A DNA stretch of 64,000 nt. Origin: Actinomycetota bacterium. GTDB lineage: Bacteria; Actinomycetota; UBA4738; HRBIN12. The translations under genes were made by a program, and so were the position numbers. The first letter of the stretch is position 1. Every line of letters starts with the position of its first letter. Location of the stretch: NCBI GenBank assembly GCA_036390995.1, contig DASWAT010000111.1:378-64377 (forward strand). The letters are read 5' to 3'. The notes beneath the pieces were generated by a model. That model searched no databases and was not told the origin of the DNA. It saw nothing but the letters and a program-made list of their open reading frames with translations. This document shows positions 19,290 to 28,239 of this stretch, in pieces.

Positions 19290-20003
19290 GTGCTGAAGAA
19301 CCATCGCCGGACGCTCCTCTACGCGGCCGGGCTCCTGGCCGCCATGGCGGTGCTCTTCGCCGCGGTGGGACGGCATCCGCCCGCCGAGACGCCGGCTACG
19401 AGCCTGCCGTTCATCGGTCGATGGGACCTCGACGTGTACCGCGCGATGGACGACATCCGGAACGTCGTGCTGTCCGGCCTCGCCCGAGCCCTGAACGTGA
19501 TCGGCGGCGGGGTCGTGACGATCCCGCTCCGTGCCCTCGTGGCCGTCTGGCTGGCCGCCCGACGCCGCTGGCGGGCCTTCGCCACCTGGGCGCTCACGTG
19601 GATCACCGCCGAGGTCGTCCTGACCGTGGCCAAGGCGTACTTCCATCGGGGGCGACCACCGGCCCCGCTGGTCGCGATCACGGGCTTCTCGTTCCCCTCC
19701 GGCCACGCCGTGGCGGCGGCGGCAACGGCCGTCGCCCTGGTCCTGGTGCTCATGCCGTCCAGCCCCAGGCGGCGCAAGTGGGAGCTGGCGGCCGTGGCGT
19801 TCGCGTTCGTGATGGCCTTCTCGCGCGTGTACCTGAATGCCCATTGGCTGTCGGACGTCGTTTCGGGAGTCCTGCTCGGCACGGGCGTGGCCCTCGGCTC
19901 GGCGGCGCTGGTCAGCGAGGTCCGCCATCACGCGCTCCGGAGGTGGCCGACCCCGGCCTCGATCCCGAGCTCGCCTACTCCGTCGCGGGCCGGAGACTCG
20001 TGA
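19290..20003 (+). CDS. PAP2 family lipid phosphate phosphatase
   Basis: All three PAP2 motifs are intact: KAYFHRGRPP, PSGHA and SRVYLNAHWLSDV. It has a polytopic membrane topology and starts 12 nt after the upstream gene. Confidence 0.8.
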   Translation: MLKNHRRTLLYAAGLLAAMAVLFAAVGRHPPAETPATSLPFIGRWDLDVYRAMDDIRNVVLSGLARALNVIGGGVVTIPLRALVAVWLAARRRWRAFATWALTWITAEVVLTVAKAYFHRGRPPAPLVAITGFSFPSGHAVAAAATAVALVLVLMPSSPRRRKWELAAVAFAFVMAFSRVYLNAHWLSDVVSGVLLGTGVALGSAALVSEVRHHALRRWPTPASIPSSPTPSRAGDS

Positions 20004-21126
20004 CGAACTCCGGCTCCTCCGGTGCCGGCCGGCGCCAGCTCTTCTTCGCGCGCCAGATCAGATAGGTGATCCCACCCAGCGGGATCTGGATGCCGTACGT
20101 GAGCCCCCGGAAGACCAAGACGGCCGCCGCGATCTGCGCGCGGAACACCTCCGGGGGGACGTCGGCATGAGACCGCCCCGCGAGGATGAGCCCACCGATG
20201 TAGCTGAGCTCGACCACACCCAGGCCGCCGGGGGTGAGCGGCAGCGCCGTGACCAAGCGCCCGAAGGCGAACACGCCCAGCACCTGGGCCCAGCCGATCT
20301 CGTGCTCGGACACCCCGACGTGCCGTAGCGCCAGCAGCAGGACGAAGTACAAGGCGAGGTGGCTCAGGACGGTGGTGAGCGTGAGGGCCACCCATCGCCC
20401 GGCCACGAGGTCGATGGTCTGACGCCGGAAGCGCACGACCACCTCGCCGAAGTCGGAGAGCGGCGGCTTGCGGGCCAGCCGGCGCAGGAACGAGAGGGCC
20501 CCGCCCAGCAGGTCGCCGATCCGGCGGGCGAAGGCCTTCTTCCACAGCACGAGGACGAACAGCGCCACGGCGACGGCCAGGACGACCACGCCGACCGAGG
20601 CACCCACGACCAGCCCCCCGCTCGCCTGACCTTCGATCGCGAGGAGCGCGAGCGCGATCACCGGCAGTCCGAGCTTCATGAAGACGTTCCAGATCCCCGT
20701 GACCGCCACGGACAGCGCGATCGCCGAGCCGGGGAACCCCCACGAGCGGTACATCGCGTAGCCGAGGCCGACGGCCAGGTATCCACCCCCCGGGATCGTG
20801 TTGGCGACCGACGTGGTGGTCTGGTTGTTCACGGCGGCCTGCCAGAGCCCCAGACCGGGGATCGAAGCCATGTTCAGCCACCAGTAGGTGACGAGGTTGA
20901 AGATCGTCGCCGCGACCAGCGAGGCGATCTCCAGCCTCGTCATCTGGGTGATCGAGTCCCAGACCTTCGAGTAGTCCGCCAGTTTGGGGATCGCGTAGGC
21001 GAAGATCCCGACGACGAGCGCGACCGAGACCACGATCTGGACGATCCGCTTGATCGGCCACCGACGGGGCAACCTCGCCGGGGCCTCGCGCGGAGTCGCG
21101 CCGGGGGTCCCCTCGTGGCTGGGCAT
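19975..21126 (-). CDS. lysylphosphatidylglycerol-synthase-TM-region-like (flippase-like, UPF0104) membrane protein
   Basis: About 383 aa and polytopic. The N-terminal RRWPIKRIVQIVVSVALVVGIFAYAI and the conserved LPLTPGGLGVVE loop are typical of the LPG_synthase_TM / UPF0104 family. It is convergent with the PAP2 gene and overlaps it by 29 nt. Confidence 0.6.
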   Translation of the reverse strand: MPSHEGTPGATPREAPARLPRRWPIKRIVQIVVSVALVVGIFAYAIPKLADYSKVWDSITQMTRLEIASLVAATIFNLVTYWWLNMASIPGLGLWQAAVNNQTTTSVANTIPGGGYLAVGLGYAMYRSWGFPGSAIALSVAVTGIWNVFMKLGLPVIALALLAIEGQASGGLVVGASVGVVVLAVAVALFVLVLWKKAFARRIGDLLGGALSFLRRLARKPPLSDFGEVVVRFRRQTIDLVAGRWVALTLTTVLSHLALYFVLLLALRHVGVSEHEIGWAQVLGVFAFGRLVTALPLTPGGLGVVELSYIGGLILAGRSHADVPPEVFRAQIAAAVLVFRGLTYGIQIPLGGITYLIWRAKKSWRRPAPEEPEFVTSLRPATE

Positions 21127-21164
21127 CGTGGGAGGGTAGCACCCCGGACCGGGCGGCTCCTCCG

Positions 21165-22022
21165 TCAGTCCGTCGCGAGGACCACCTCGGGGCGGGCCTT
21201 GGCCCCATCGTCGCGGTAGACGGCGATCAGCCGCCCCTCGGGTCCGAACACCGCGTACGATCCGGCGATCCCGGCGGGCCCCAGGATCGTGCCGTGGCTC
21301 GCCGCGCGTGCTTCCTCGGCGCCCAGGTCCAGCCGCGGGAGGTGGGACACGGCCACCTCGATCGGAGCTGGGGCGCTCGCACGCTCGGGCGGAACGGCTT
21401 CGTCCAGCCGGAAGGGCCCGATCGCGGTACGCACGAGCCTGGTGAGGTGCGCCCCGCACCCCAGGGCCTCGCCGACGTCGGACAGCAGCGCGCGCACGTA
21501 GGTCCCGCTCGAGCAGATCACCCTGAAGTCGACGTCGGGCGAGCGGAACGCGAGCAGCTCGAACGCGTCGACCCGGATGGGCCTCCGAGCGGCCTCCACG
21601 GTCCGTCCCGTCCGTGCGGCCTCGTACAGCTTGCGCCCCCCCACCTTCACCGCCGAGTACGCGGGCGGCCGCTGCATCGACTCCCCCACGAGCGCGGCCA
21701 TCGACTCCGACACGTCACGCCGCGAGACGCGGACCTCCGACGTCCGCACGATCCGGCCCTCGGCGTCGAGCGTGTCCGTCTCTTCGCCGAGCCGAGCCGT
21801 GCCCTCGTACGTCTTCGGCAGGTCGCCGAGGAACCGTAGCAGGCGCGTGGCGCGCCCCACGCCGACCATGAGGAGCCCGGTGGCCATGGGATCGAGGGTC
21901 CCGGCATGGCCCACCTTGCGCGTGCGAAGCCTGCGGCGCACGACGTCCACGACGTCGTGCGAGGTGACGCCCTTCGGCTTGTCGACGAGCAGCAATCCCT
22001 CGGGGCGCCCGCCGTCGCTCAC
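21165..22022 (-). CDS. truB: tRNA pseudouridine(55) synthase
   Basis: LLVDKPKGVTSHDVV, HAGTLDPMATGLL and a PUA-like C-terminus are present. The GTG start overlaps the nrnA stop (GTGA). Confidence 0.85.
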   Translation of the reverse strand: MSDGGRPEGLLLVDKPKGVTSHDVVDVVRRRLRTRKVGHAGTLDPMATGLLMVGVGRATRLLRFLGDLPKTYEGTARLGEETDTLDAEGRIVRTSEVRVSRRDVSESMAALVGESMQRPPAYSAVKVGGRKLYEAARTGRTVEAARRPIRVDAFELLAFRSPDVDFRVICSSGTYVRALLSDVGEALGCGAHLTRLVRTAIGPFRLDEAVPPERASAPAPIEVAVSHLPRLDLGAEEARAASHGTILGPAGIAGSYAVFGPEGRLIAVYRDDGAKARPEVVLATD

Positions 22023-22999
22023 GGCCGGGAGGAGCCGTCGCCCAGTGCGTCCTGCAACTCGCGGAGGGTGAGCGCGAGCCCATGGCGGGACGTGTAGCCG
22101 GCCGCCAGCCGATGCCCGCCGCCCCCGAACCGTGAGGCGACGCCAGCGACGTCGTGTCCGCCCCGGGATCGCAAGCTGACCTTGAACCGGCCATCGCGCT
22201 GCTGCTTCACCACGGCGGCGACGTCCGCCTCGCGGGCGGTTCGGATGACGTCGATCAGGTCGTCGGTCTCGGCCGGCTCCACGCCGGCTTCGGCCAGGTC
22301 GGCCCGGGTGAGGTAGGTCCACACGAGATCCGCCTCCGGCTCCAGCCGTAGGCGGCGCAAGACCGTCCCCAGGAGCCTCAGGTACGCGGCCCCGTTGTCC
22401 TCGTAGAGCGCCTGCGCCAGCGCTGCATGGTCGAACGGATGCTCCCGCAGCTCGGCGGCGATCCGAAGCGTCTCCGGCCGGGTGGCCGTGTACTGGAACC
22501 GTCCCGTGTCCGTGATCAGCCCGGCGTACAGGCACACAGCCACCTGATCGGGCATCTCGCCGCCGATCTCGCGGACCAGGCGGAACACCAGCTCGCAGGT
22601 GGACGAAGCGGTCCGATCGACCAGCGGGATCGTCCCAAGGCCGTCGTTGCTGGCGTGGTGGTCGATCCAGATCAGCTCCGTCGCCGTTCCGGCCGCCGCG
22701 CCCAGGACGCCCAGCCGATCCATCGACGCCGTGTCGCACGTGACCATCACCTCCGGCGCCTCCGGGAAGTCGCCGGGAGGCACGAGGGCCTCCCGGCCGG
22801 GCAACCGCTCCAACCACCTCGGCGCCTCGAACGGGTCGTTGCCGAACGAGCACACCGTGCGAACCCCCTGCGCCCGGAGGTGGCTCGACAGCCCCAGCAT
22901 GGATCCGAGGGCGTCGGGATCGGGGTTCACGTGACACGCGAGGGCGACCTCGCGCGCCTCCCGGAGCACCCGCGCGGCGTGTGCGAGCTCGTCACTCAT
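22019..22999 (-). CDS. nrnA: DHH-family bifunctional oligoribonuclease / pAp phosphatase (NrnA/CnpB-like)
   Basis: DHH motif region (HVNPDPDALGS, WIDHH) plus a DHHA1 C-terminus. It is adjacent to rbfA, as in mycobacteria. Confidence 0.8.
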   Translation of the reverse strand: MSDELAHAARVLREAREVALACHVNPDPDALGSMLGLSSHLRAQGVRTVCSFGNDPFEAPRWLERLPGREALVPPGDFPEAPEVMVTCDTASMDRLGVLGAAAGTATELIWIDHHASNDGLGTIPLVDRTASSTCELVFRLVREIGGEMPDQVAVCLYAGLITDTGRFQYTATRPETLRIAAELREHPFDHAALAQALYEDNGAAYLRLLGTVLRRLRLEPEADLVWTYLTRADLAEAGVEPAETDDLIDVIRTAREADVAAVVKQQRDGRFKVSLRSRGGHDVAGVASRFGGGGHRLAAGYTSRHGLALTLRELQDALGDGSSRP

Positions 23000-23345
23000 G
23001 CTCGCCCTCGTGCAGCTCCTTCAGCAGATGCTCGATCCGCTCTGCCGTCTCCAGGGCTCGATCCTCCTCGAACTCGAGCTCCGGCAGCACCTTCATCCGG
23101 ACCTGGCTCCCCACCACCTGGCGCAGGTGCGCTCGGGCGGACAGGAGCCCGGCCGCCGTGGCCCGTCGCTCGCGTTCGTCACCCATCGCCGTGTAGAAGA
23201 CGCGCGCCCGCCTCAGGTCCGGCGTCATCTTCACGTACGTCACCGTCACGAAGCCGATCCGCGGATCCTTCAGCTTCGGGATCTCCTCGGCGAGGATCTC
23301 GCGGAACTCCTCCGAGACGCGGCTGGGACGGGTTCCCTCGGTCAT
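22992..23345 (-). CDS. rbfA: ribosome-binding factor A
   Basis: 117 aa containing RVSEEFREILAEEI...DPRIGFVTVT...VKM, a KH-like RbfA fold sequence. Confidence 0.8.
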   Translation of the reverse strand: MTEGTRPSRVSEEFREILAEEIPKLKDPRIGFVTVTYVKMTPDLRRARVFYTAMGDERERRATAAGLLSARAHLRQVVGSQVRMKVLPELEFEEDRALETAERIEHLLKELHEGEHE

Positions 23346-23348
23346 CGT

Positions 23349-23642
23349 TCAGTCCTCGGGGTAGTGCAGGCTGAGACCGGTCTCGATGATCTCGACCTCC
23401 ATCCACCGGTCCACGAACTTCTCCACCTCGTGCATGACCTTCTTCACGTGGTACGCCTCGTGGCCGACCGCCGAAACCGCGATCGTCGTGCGTTGCCACA
23501 GGTCGTGATGATCGACCTCGGCGACCGCCACGTTGAACTTCGACCGGAGCGCGTTCGTCAAGGTCTTCACGACGTGCCGCTTCTCCTTCAGCGAGCCGCA
23601 TCCGGGGATGCGCAGATCGAACCGTTCCAGCGCGACGAGCAT
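23349..23642 (-). CDS. DUF503 (YlxP-like) protein
   Basis: 97 aa lying between infB and rbfA, as B. subtilis ylxP does. The sequence MLVALERFDLRIPGCGSLKEKRHVVK matches this family. Confidence 0.7.
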   Translation of the reverse strand: MLVALERFDLRIPGCGSLKEKRHVVKTLTNALRSKFNVAVAEVDHHDLWQRTTIAVSAVGHEAYHVKKVMHEVEKFVDRWMEVEIIETGLSLHYPED

Positions 23643-23665
23643 CGACCCCCCTCGCGACCGGAGCG

Positions 23666-25849
23666 CTACAGCTCGCGGGCGACCTCGCGGACCTCATAGG
23701 CCTCGATCACGTCGCCCTCCTTCACGTCGTTGAAGTTCTCGATCCCGATGCCGCACTCGAAGCCCTCCGCGACCTCGCGGACGTCCTCCTTGAATCGGCG
23801 GAGGGACCCGATCCGGCCGTCGTAGGCCACCACACCGTCCCGGACCACGCGGGCACGAGAGTTGCGGACGATCGTCCCCTGCAGGACGTAGCAGCCGGCC
23901 ACGACCCCGACGCGCGGGACCCGGAACAAGGCTCGAACCTCTGCGCGGCCGAGCTCGATCTCCTGTTCCTCGGGCTTCAGCATGCCCGAGGCCGCGCTCC
24001 GGATGTCGTCGATGGCGTCGTAGATGACGCGGTACAGGCGGACGTCGACCCCTTCGCGTTCGGCCATGGAGGTGGCGTTCGCGACGGGGCGCACGTTGAA
24101 CCCCACGACGATGGCTCGCGATGCCATGGCCAGGGAGATGTCGCTCTCGGTGATGGCGCCGGGAGCGCTGTGGATCACGTTCACCCGGACCTCGCCCTGC
24201 GGGATCTTCGCGAACGCGTCCAGGAGCGCACCGATCGAGCCTTGCACGTCGGCCTTCACGATGAGGTTCAGCTCGGGAACCAGGGCCTCGCGCGCCTGGG
24301 CCATGAGGTCCTGGAGCGTGGGTGGGCGGGACGTAACGAGCTCGGCCGCCCGAACCTTCGCCTCGCGCTCTTGGGCGATGTGGCGGGCCTCGCGCTCGTC
24401 CTCGACCTCACGGAACTCGTCGCCGGCGTTCGGCACGGCGGACCACCCGAGGATCTGCACGGGCTTGCTCGGCCCGGCCTGCTTCACCGGCTGCATGTTC
24501 TCGTCGAGCATCGCCCGGATCTTCGCCCACGTCGTCCCGGCGACGAGCGCGTCGCCCACCTCGAGGGTCCCCCGCCGTACCAGGACGGAGGCCACCGGTC
24601 CCCTGCCCTTGTCGAGGTTCGCCTCGAGCACGCTACCCCGGGCCCGGCCCTCGGGATCGGCCTTCAACTCCTCGAGGTCGGCGACCAGCAGGATCGTCTC
24701 GAGCAACGTGTCGAGGTTCGTCCGAGCCTTCGCCGACACGTCGACGAACTCGAAGCTCCCGCCCCACTCGGCGGGAACCACACCGTGCTCGACCATCTGC
24801 TGGCGCACGCGCTGCGCATCCGCCTCTGGCTTGTCGATCTTGTTCACGGCCACGACGATCGGCACGCCCGCCGCCTTCGCGTGGTCGAGCGCTTCCACCG
24901 TCTGCGGCTTCACGCCGTCGTCCGCCGCGACCACCAGCACGACGATGTCGGTGACCTCGGCGCCACGCGCGCGCATCGCCGTGAACGCCTCGTGGCCGGG
25001 GGTGTCGATGAACGAGATCTCGCGACCGTCCACGTGGACCTGGTACGCGCCGATGTGCTGCGTGATCCCACCGAACTCCTGCGAGACGACGTCGCTGCGG
25101 CGGATCGCGTCGAGCAGGAGCGTCTTGCCGTGGTCCACGTGCCCCATCACGGTGACGACCGGCGGTCGAGGATGCAGCCGGCTCTCGTCGACCTGCTCCT
25201 CCTGCTCCTCCTCCTCCTCGATGCCCACCACGTCGGCCTCGTAGCCGAGCTCGGTGGCGAGTAGGCCGACGGCCTCGTCCGACAAGGACTGCGAGGCGGT
25301 CACCATCTCGCCCATGGTGAACAGGATCTTCACGATCTCCGCCGCGCTCTTGCCGGTCCTGTCCGCCACGTCCTGCGCGGTGGCGCCACGCACGAGCCGG
25401 AGCGCGGGCAGGGACGGCTTCTGGGGTTCAGGCCTCGACACGGGCTCGGCGGCGGGAGCCTCGGCGGGCGAGGGTTGCGTCGCAGGTGCGCGCGCCGGTG
25501 CTTCGGCGGCAGCCAACGGGGGGGCCGCCGGCTCCACATGGCGCCTGGGAGCGGCGGGCCCGGCAGCTGCCGGCGCAGAGCCGGCCCGTCCGGCGACCTT
25601 CGGGGCGGCCTCGGCGACCTTCGGCTTCTCGGTCTTCGCCTTGGGACGGGGCTTCGGCGTGGGCTCCTCGACGGCCTCCTTGATCTTCGCGGCCGGCACG
25701 GGCTTGCCACCGGAGGCTCGGAGCCGGGGGACCGCCTCGTCCGGCACGGACGACGACGCCGTGCGCCCACCGAGACCCATCTCGTCGAGGACATCGAGCA
25801 ACTCCTTGCTCGAGACCCCGAGCTCCTTCGCCAGTTCGTGAACCCTCAC
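23666..25849 (-). CDS. infB: translation initiation factor IF-2
   Basis: 727 aa with an N-terminal Ala/Pro/Glu-rich linker. The G-domain motifs are GHVDHGKTLLLD, DTPGHEAF and NKID. Confidence 0.95.
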   Translation of the reverse strand: MRVHELAKELGVSSKELLDVLDEMGLGGRTASSSVPDEAVPRLRASGGKPVPAAKIKEAVEEPTPKPRPKAKTEKPKVAEAAPKVAGRAGSAPAAAGPAAPRRHVEPAAPPLAAAEAPARAPATQPSPAEAPAAEPVSRPEPQKPSLPALRLVRGATAQDVADRTGKSAAEIVKILFTMGEMVTASQSLSDEAVGLLATELGYEADVVGIEEEEEQEEQVDESRLHPRPPVVTVMGHVDHGKTLLLDAIRRSDVVSQEFGGITQHIGAYQVHVDGREISFIDTPGHEAFTAMRARGAEVTDIVVLVVAADDGVKPQTVEALDHAKAAGVPIVVAVNKIDKPEADAQRVRQQMVEHGVVPAEWGGSFEFVDVSAKARTNLDTLLETILLVADLEELKADPEGRARGSVLEANLDKGRGPVASVLVRRGTLEVGDALVAGTTWAKIRAMLDENMQPVKQAGPSKPVQILGWSAVPNAGDEFREVEDEREARHIAQEREAKVRAAELVTSRPPTLQDLMAQAREALVPELNLIVKADVQGSIGALLDAFAKIPQGEVRVNVIHSAPGAITESDISLAMASRAIVVGFNVRPVANATSMAEREGVDVRLYRVIYDAIDDIRSAASGMLKPEEQEIELGRAEVRALFRVPRVGVVAGCYVLQGTIVRNSRARVVRDGVVAYDGRIGSLRRFKEDVREVAEGFECGIGIENFNDVKEGDVIEAYEVREVAREL

Positions 25850-26121
25850 TGCCCCACTTCCCGTTCGATGTCGGCCCTTAGCCTAGCGGCTTCCTCCGGT
25901 TGCAGACCCGTCCGCAACGCCCTCGCGAGCCCGCCTCGGGTCATCGCCGTCTCCGCGCACTCCCGATCGGGGTGCAGGTAGGCGCCGCGTCCCGGCACCC
26001 GGCCCTGCGGGTCGAGCATCACGGTCCCGTCGGTCCGGCGAGCCAGCCGAACCAGCGAGCCTTTGGCTGCCCGGCCCCGGCACCCGACGCAGGTCCGTTC
26101 CGGCTCCGTGCGCTTGCGCAC
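25846..26121 (-). CDS. YlxR/DUF448 family RNA-binding protein
   Basis: 91 aa with a conserved RTCVGCRG motif. It lies between nusA and infB, and its GTG start overlaps the nusA stop. Confidence 0.8.
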   Translation of the reverse strand: MRKRTEPERTCVGCRGRAAKGSLVRLARRTDGTVMLDPQGRVPGRGAYLHPDRECAETAMTRGGLARALRTGLQPEEAARLRADIEREVGQ

Positions 26122-26123
26122 GC

Positions 26124-27356
26124 TCAGCCCTCCGTCGGCTCCTCCACCGCGGCCTCACCGATCGCGGTGGGCTCCTCGGGGGTGTCGGCGGCGTGTTCGG
26201 GCGCCTGCTCCTCCGCGACCGGGGCGGGCTCCTGCGCGACGGGCTCCTCGGCGACCGGCTCCATCGGGGCGGGCTCCTGGGACGGGGCCGGGGCTGCGGC
26301 TTCTGCGGCCCGTGCGGTGCCGCCCCGCTGCTCCTCCGCGAACTGGGTCTCGCTCTTGATGTCGATCCGCCACCCGGTGAGCCTGGCGGCCAAGCGCGCG
26401 TTCTGGCCTTCCTTCCCGATCGCCAGTGACAGCTGGTAGTCCGGGACGATCACCAGCGCGGTCTGCGAGTCGGGATCGATCTGCACGCGGTTGACCTTCG
26501 CCGGCTGCAAGGCGTTGGCCACGAACGTGGGCGGGTCGGCGCTCCACGGAACGACGTCGATCTTCTCGCCGCGAAGCTCGTTCACCACCATCCGCACCCG
26601 TGATCCCTTCGGGCCCACGCAGGCGCCGACGGGGTCCACGCCCGGCTCGCGCGAGGACACCGCGAGCTTCGACCGGTGACCCGGCTCCCGGGCCACGGCG
26701 CGGATCTCGACGATGCCTTCCTCGATCTCCGGGACCTCCAACTCGAACAGCTTCTTCAGCAGCCCCGGATGCGTGCGGGACACGACGATCTGCGGCCCCT
26801 TCGTTCCCTTGCGGACCTCGGTGATGTAGGCCTTCAGCCGCTCACCGTGCCGGTACGGCTCGGACGGGACCTGTTCGGCCTGTGGGAGGAGCGCCTCGAC
26901 CTTACCGAGGTCGAGCAGCGTGTACCGACGTTCCTGCTGCTGCACGATGCCGGTCACCACGTCGCCCTCGCGCCCGGCGAACTCCTCGTAGGTCATCTCG
27001 CGCTCGGCATCGCGGAGCTTCTGGAAGATCACCTGCTTGGCGGTCTGCGCGCCGATGCGTCCCTTGAACTCGTCCGTGACCTCGACCTCCTCCTCGGAGA
27101 TCACCTTCGTCTGCGGCTCGCCCTCCTCGTCCTCGACCTCCTCGAGCCTCTGGAGCCAGACGCGGAGGTCGCCGGACTCCGGGTCGATCTGCGCGCGAAC
27201 GCCGAACGACTCCTCCTCCTCCTCGGGATGCTGCTGCTTCCACCACGACTTGTAGGCGGACGCCATCGCCTCCTCGAGGCCGGCCAGGATCGTCTCGAAC
27301 GCGATCCCCTTCTCCCGCTCCAGCTCGCGGAGCGCCGCGATCATGTCGGCATTCAT
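26124..27356 (-). CDS. nusA: transcription termination/antitermination factor NusA
   Basis: Starts MNADMIAALRELEREKGI, a NusA N-terminus, and contains S1 and tandem KH domains. The C-terminal about 70 aa are an acidic, Pro-rich tail. The ATG overlaps the rimP stop (ATGA). Confidence 0.9.
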   Translation of the reverse strand: MNADMIAALRELEREKGIAFETILAGLEEAMASAYKSWWKQQHPEEEEESFGVRAQIDPESGDLRVWLQRLEEVEDEEGEPQTKVISEEEVEVTDEFKGRIGAQTAKQVIFQKLRDAEREMTYEEFAGREGDVVTGIVQQQERRYTLLDLGKVEALLPQAEQVPSEPYRHGERLKAYITEVRKGTKGPQIVVSRTHPGLLKKLFELEVPEIEEGIVEIRAVAREPGHRSKLAVSSREPGVDPVGACVGPKGSRVRMVVNELRGEKIDVVPWSADPPTFVANALQPAKVNRVQIDPDSQTALVIVPDYQLSLAIGKEGQNARLAARLTGWRIDIKSETQFAEEQRGGTARAAEAAAPAPSQEPAPMEPVAEEPVAQEPAPVAEEQAPEHAADTPEEPTAIGEAAVEEPTEG

Positions 27357-27814
27357 GCGTTGCTCCTTGCAGAACCCCATTCGAAAACGGTCCGCGCGGA
27401 CGCGACGACGTCGTACGGCACGCGCAGCTCTCCGCCCTCGGCGGCGATAACGATCGCCTCCGCGTCGGCCGAGACCAGCGCGCCCTCGTGCGTCTTCTTC
27501 CCGTTCACCGGCTCTACCGTCTTCACCTTCACCCGTTCTCCCACGCTTCGCTGGAAGTGTCGCGGCCGTCGAAGAGACCGCTCCAGCCCGGGCGAGCTCA
27601 CCTCGAGCTCGTACCGGCCTTCACCGAAGTCCTCCAGGTCCAGCCGCCGCGAGAGCCGTTCCGAGACCTGCGAGATCGTGTCGAGGTCAACACCGCCCTC
27701 CTGATCCACGAAGACTCGGAGGATCATCCGGCCGCCCTCCCTTCGGTAGACGGCCTCCCAGAGCTCCAGACCGGCCGCCTCGACCACCGGCCGGACCAGC
27801 GCCTCCACGTCCAT
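27353..27814 (-). CDS. rimP: ribosome maturation factor RimP
   Basis: 153 aa lying upstream of nusA, with RLDLEDFGEGRYELEVSSPGLERSL. Confidence 0.85.
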   Translation of the reverse strand: MDVEALVRPVVEAAGLELWEAVYRREGGRMILRVFVDQEGGVDLDTISQVSERLSRRLDLEDFGEGRYELEVSSPGLERSLRRPRHFQRSVGERVKVKTVEPVNGKKTHEGALVSADAEAIVIAAEGGELRVPYDVVASARTVFEWGSARSNA

Positions 27815-27940
27815 CTCGCCCTCGCTCGCCGCAGCGACCCACCGAAAAAGAAAGTGGGCGCGAGCCCACTCCGCGTGATGCCGCTCCTATTGCCGTTCGA
27901 GTATACCGAACCCGCCGAAACGGCAGCTCAGACGGGGGCC

Positions 27941-28222
27941 TCAGATCGCCCGGCGCTGCCCGCCCGGCCGATCCCAGTGATCTCGGCGGTTCATGCGCCG
28001 GGCCAGGCGTGGGTCATCCCAGCCCAGGTTCGAGCGGATCCCGAGGTCCCGGCACGCGGCCTCGGCGAGCTCCCGGGACGAGAACTCGCCCCGCACCCAA
28101 GTTCCGTCGACGTCGACCACCAGGAGGTCCCAGGTGGCCAGCCCGACGTGCTGGATCACGCCCTCCGCCTCCGGATGGACACGCGCGAACCATCGGAGCG
28201 CCTGGGGAACGTGGGCCCGCAT
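27941..28222 (-). CDS. small hypothetical protein (93 aa)
   Basis: It fills the gap between proS and rimP. Its Trp/Arg-containing composition is not Arg-runaway (MRAHVPQALRWFARVHPEAEGVIQHVGLATWDLLVVDVDGTWVRGEF...). I recognise no domain. Confidence 0.4.
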   Translation of the reverse strand: MRAHVPQALRWFARVHPEAEGVIQHVGLATWDLLVVDVDGTWVRGEFSSRELAEAACRDLGIRSNLGWDDPRLARRMNRRDHWDRPGGQRRAI

Positions 28223-28239
28223 GCCGGCAGCGTAGCCCA

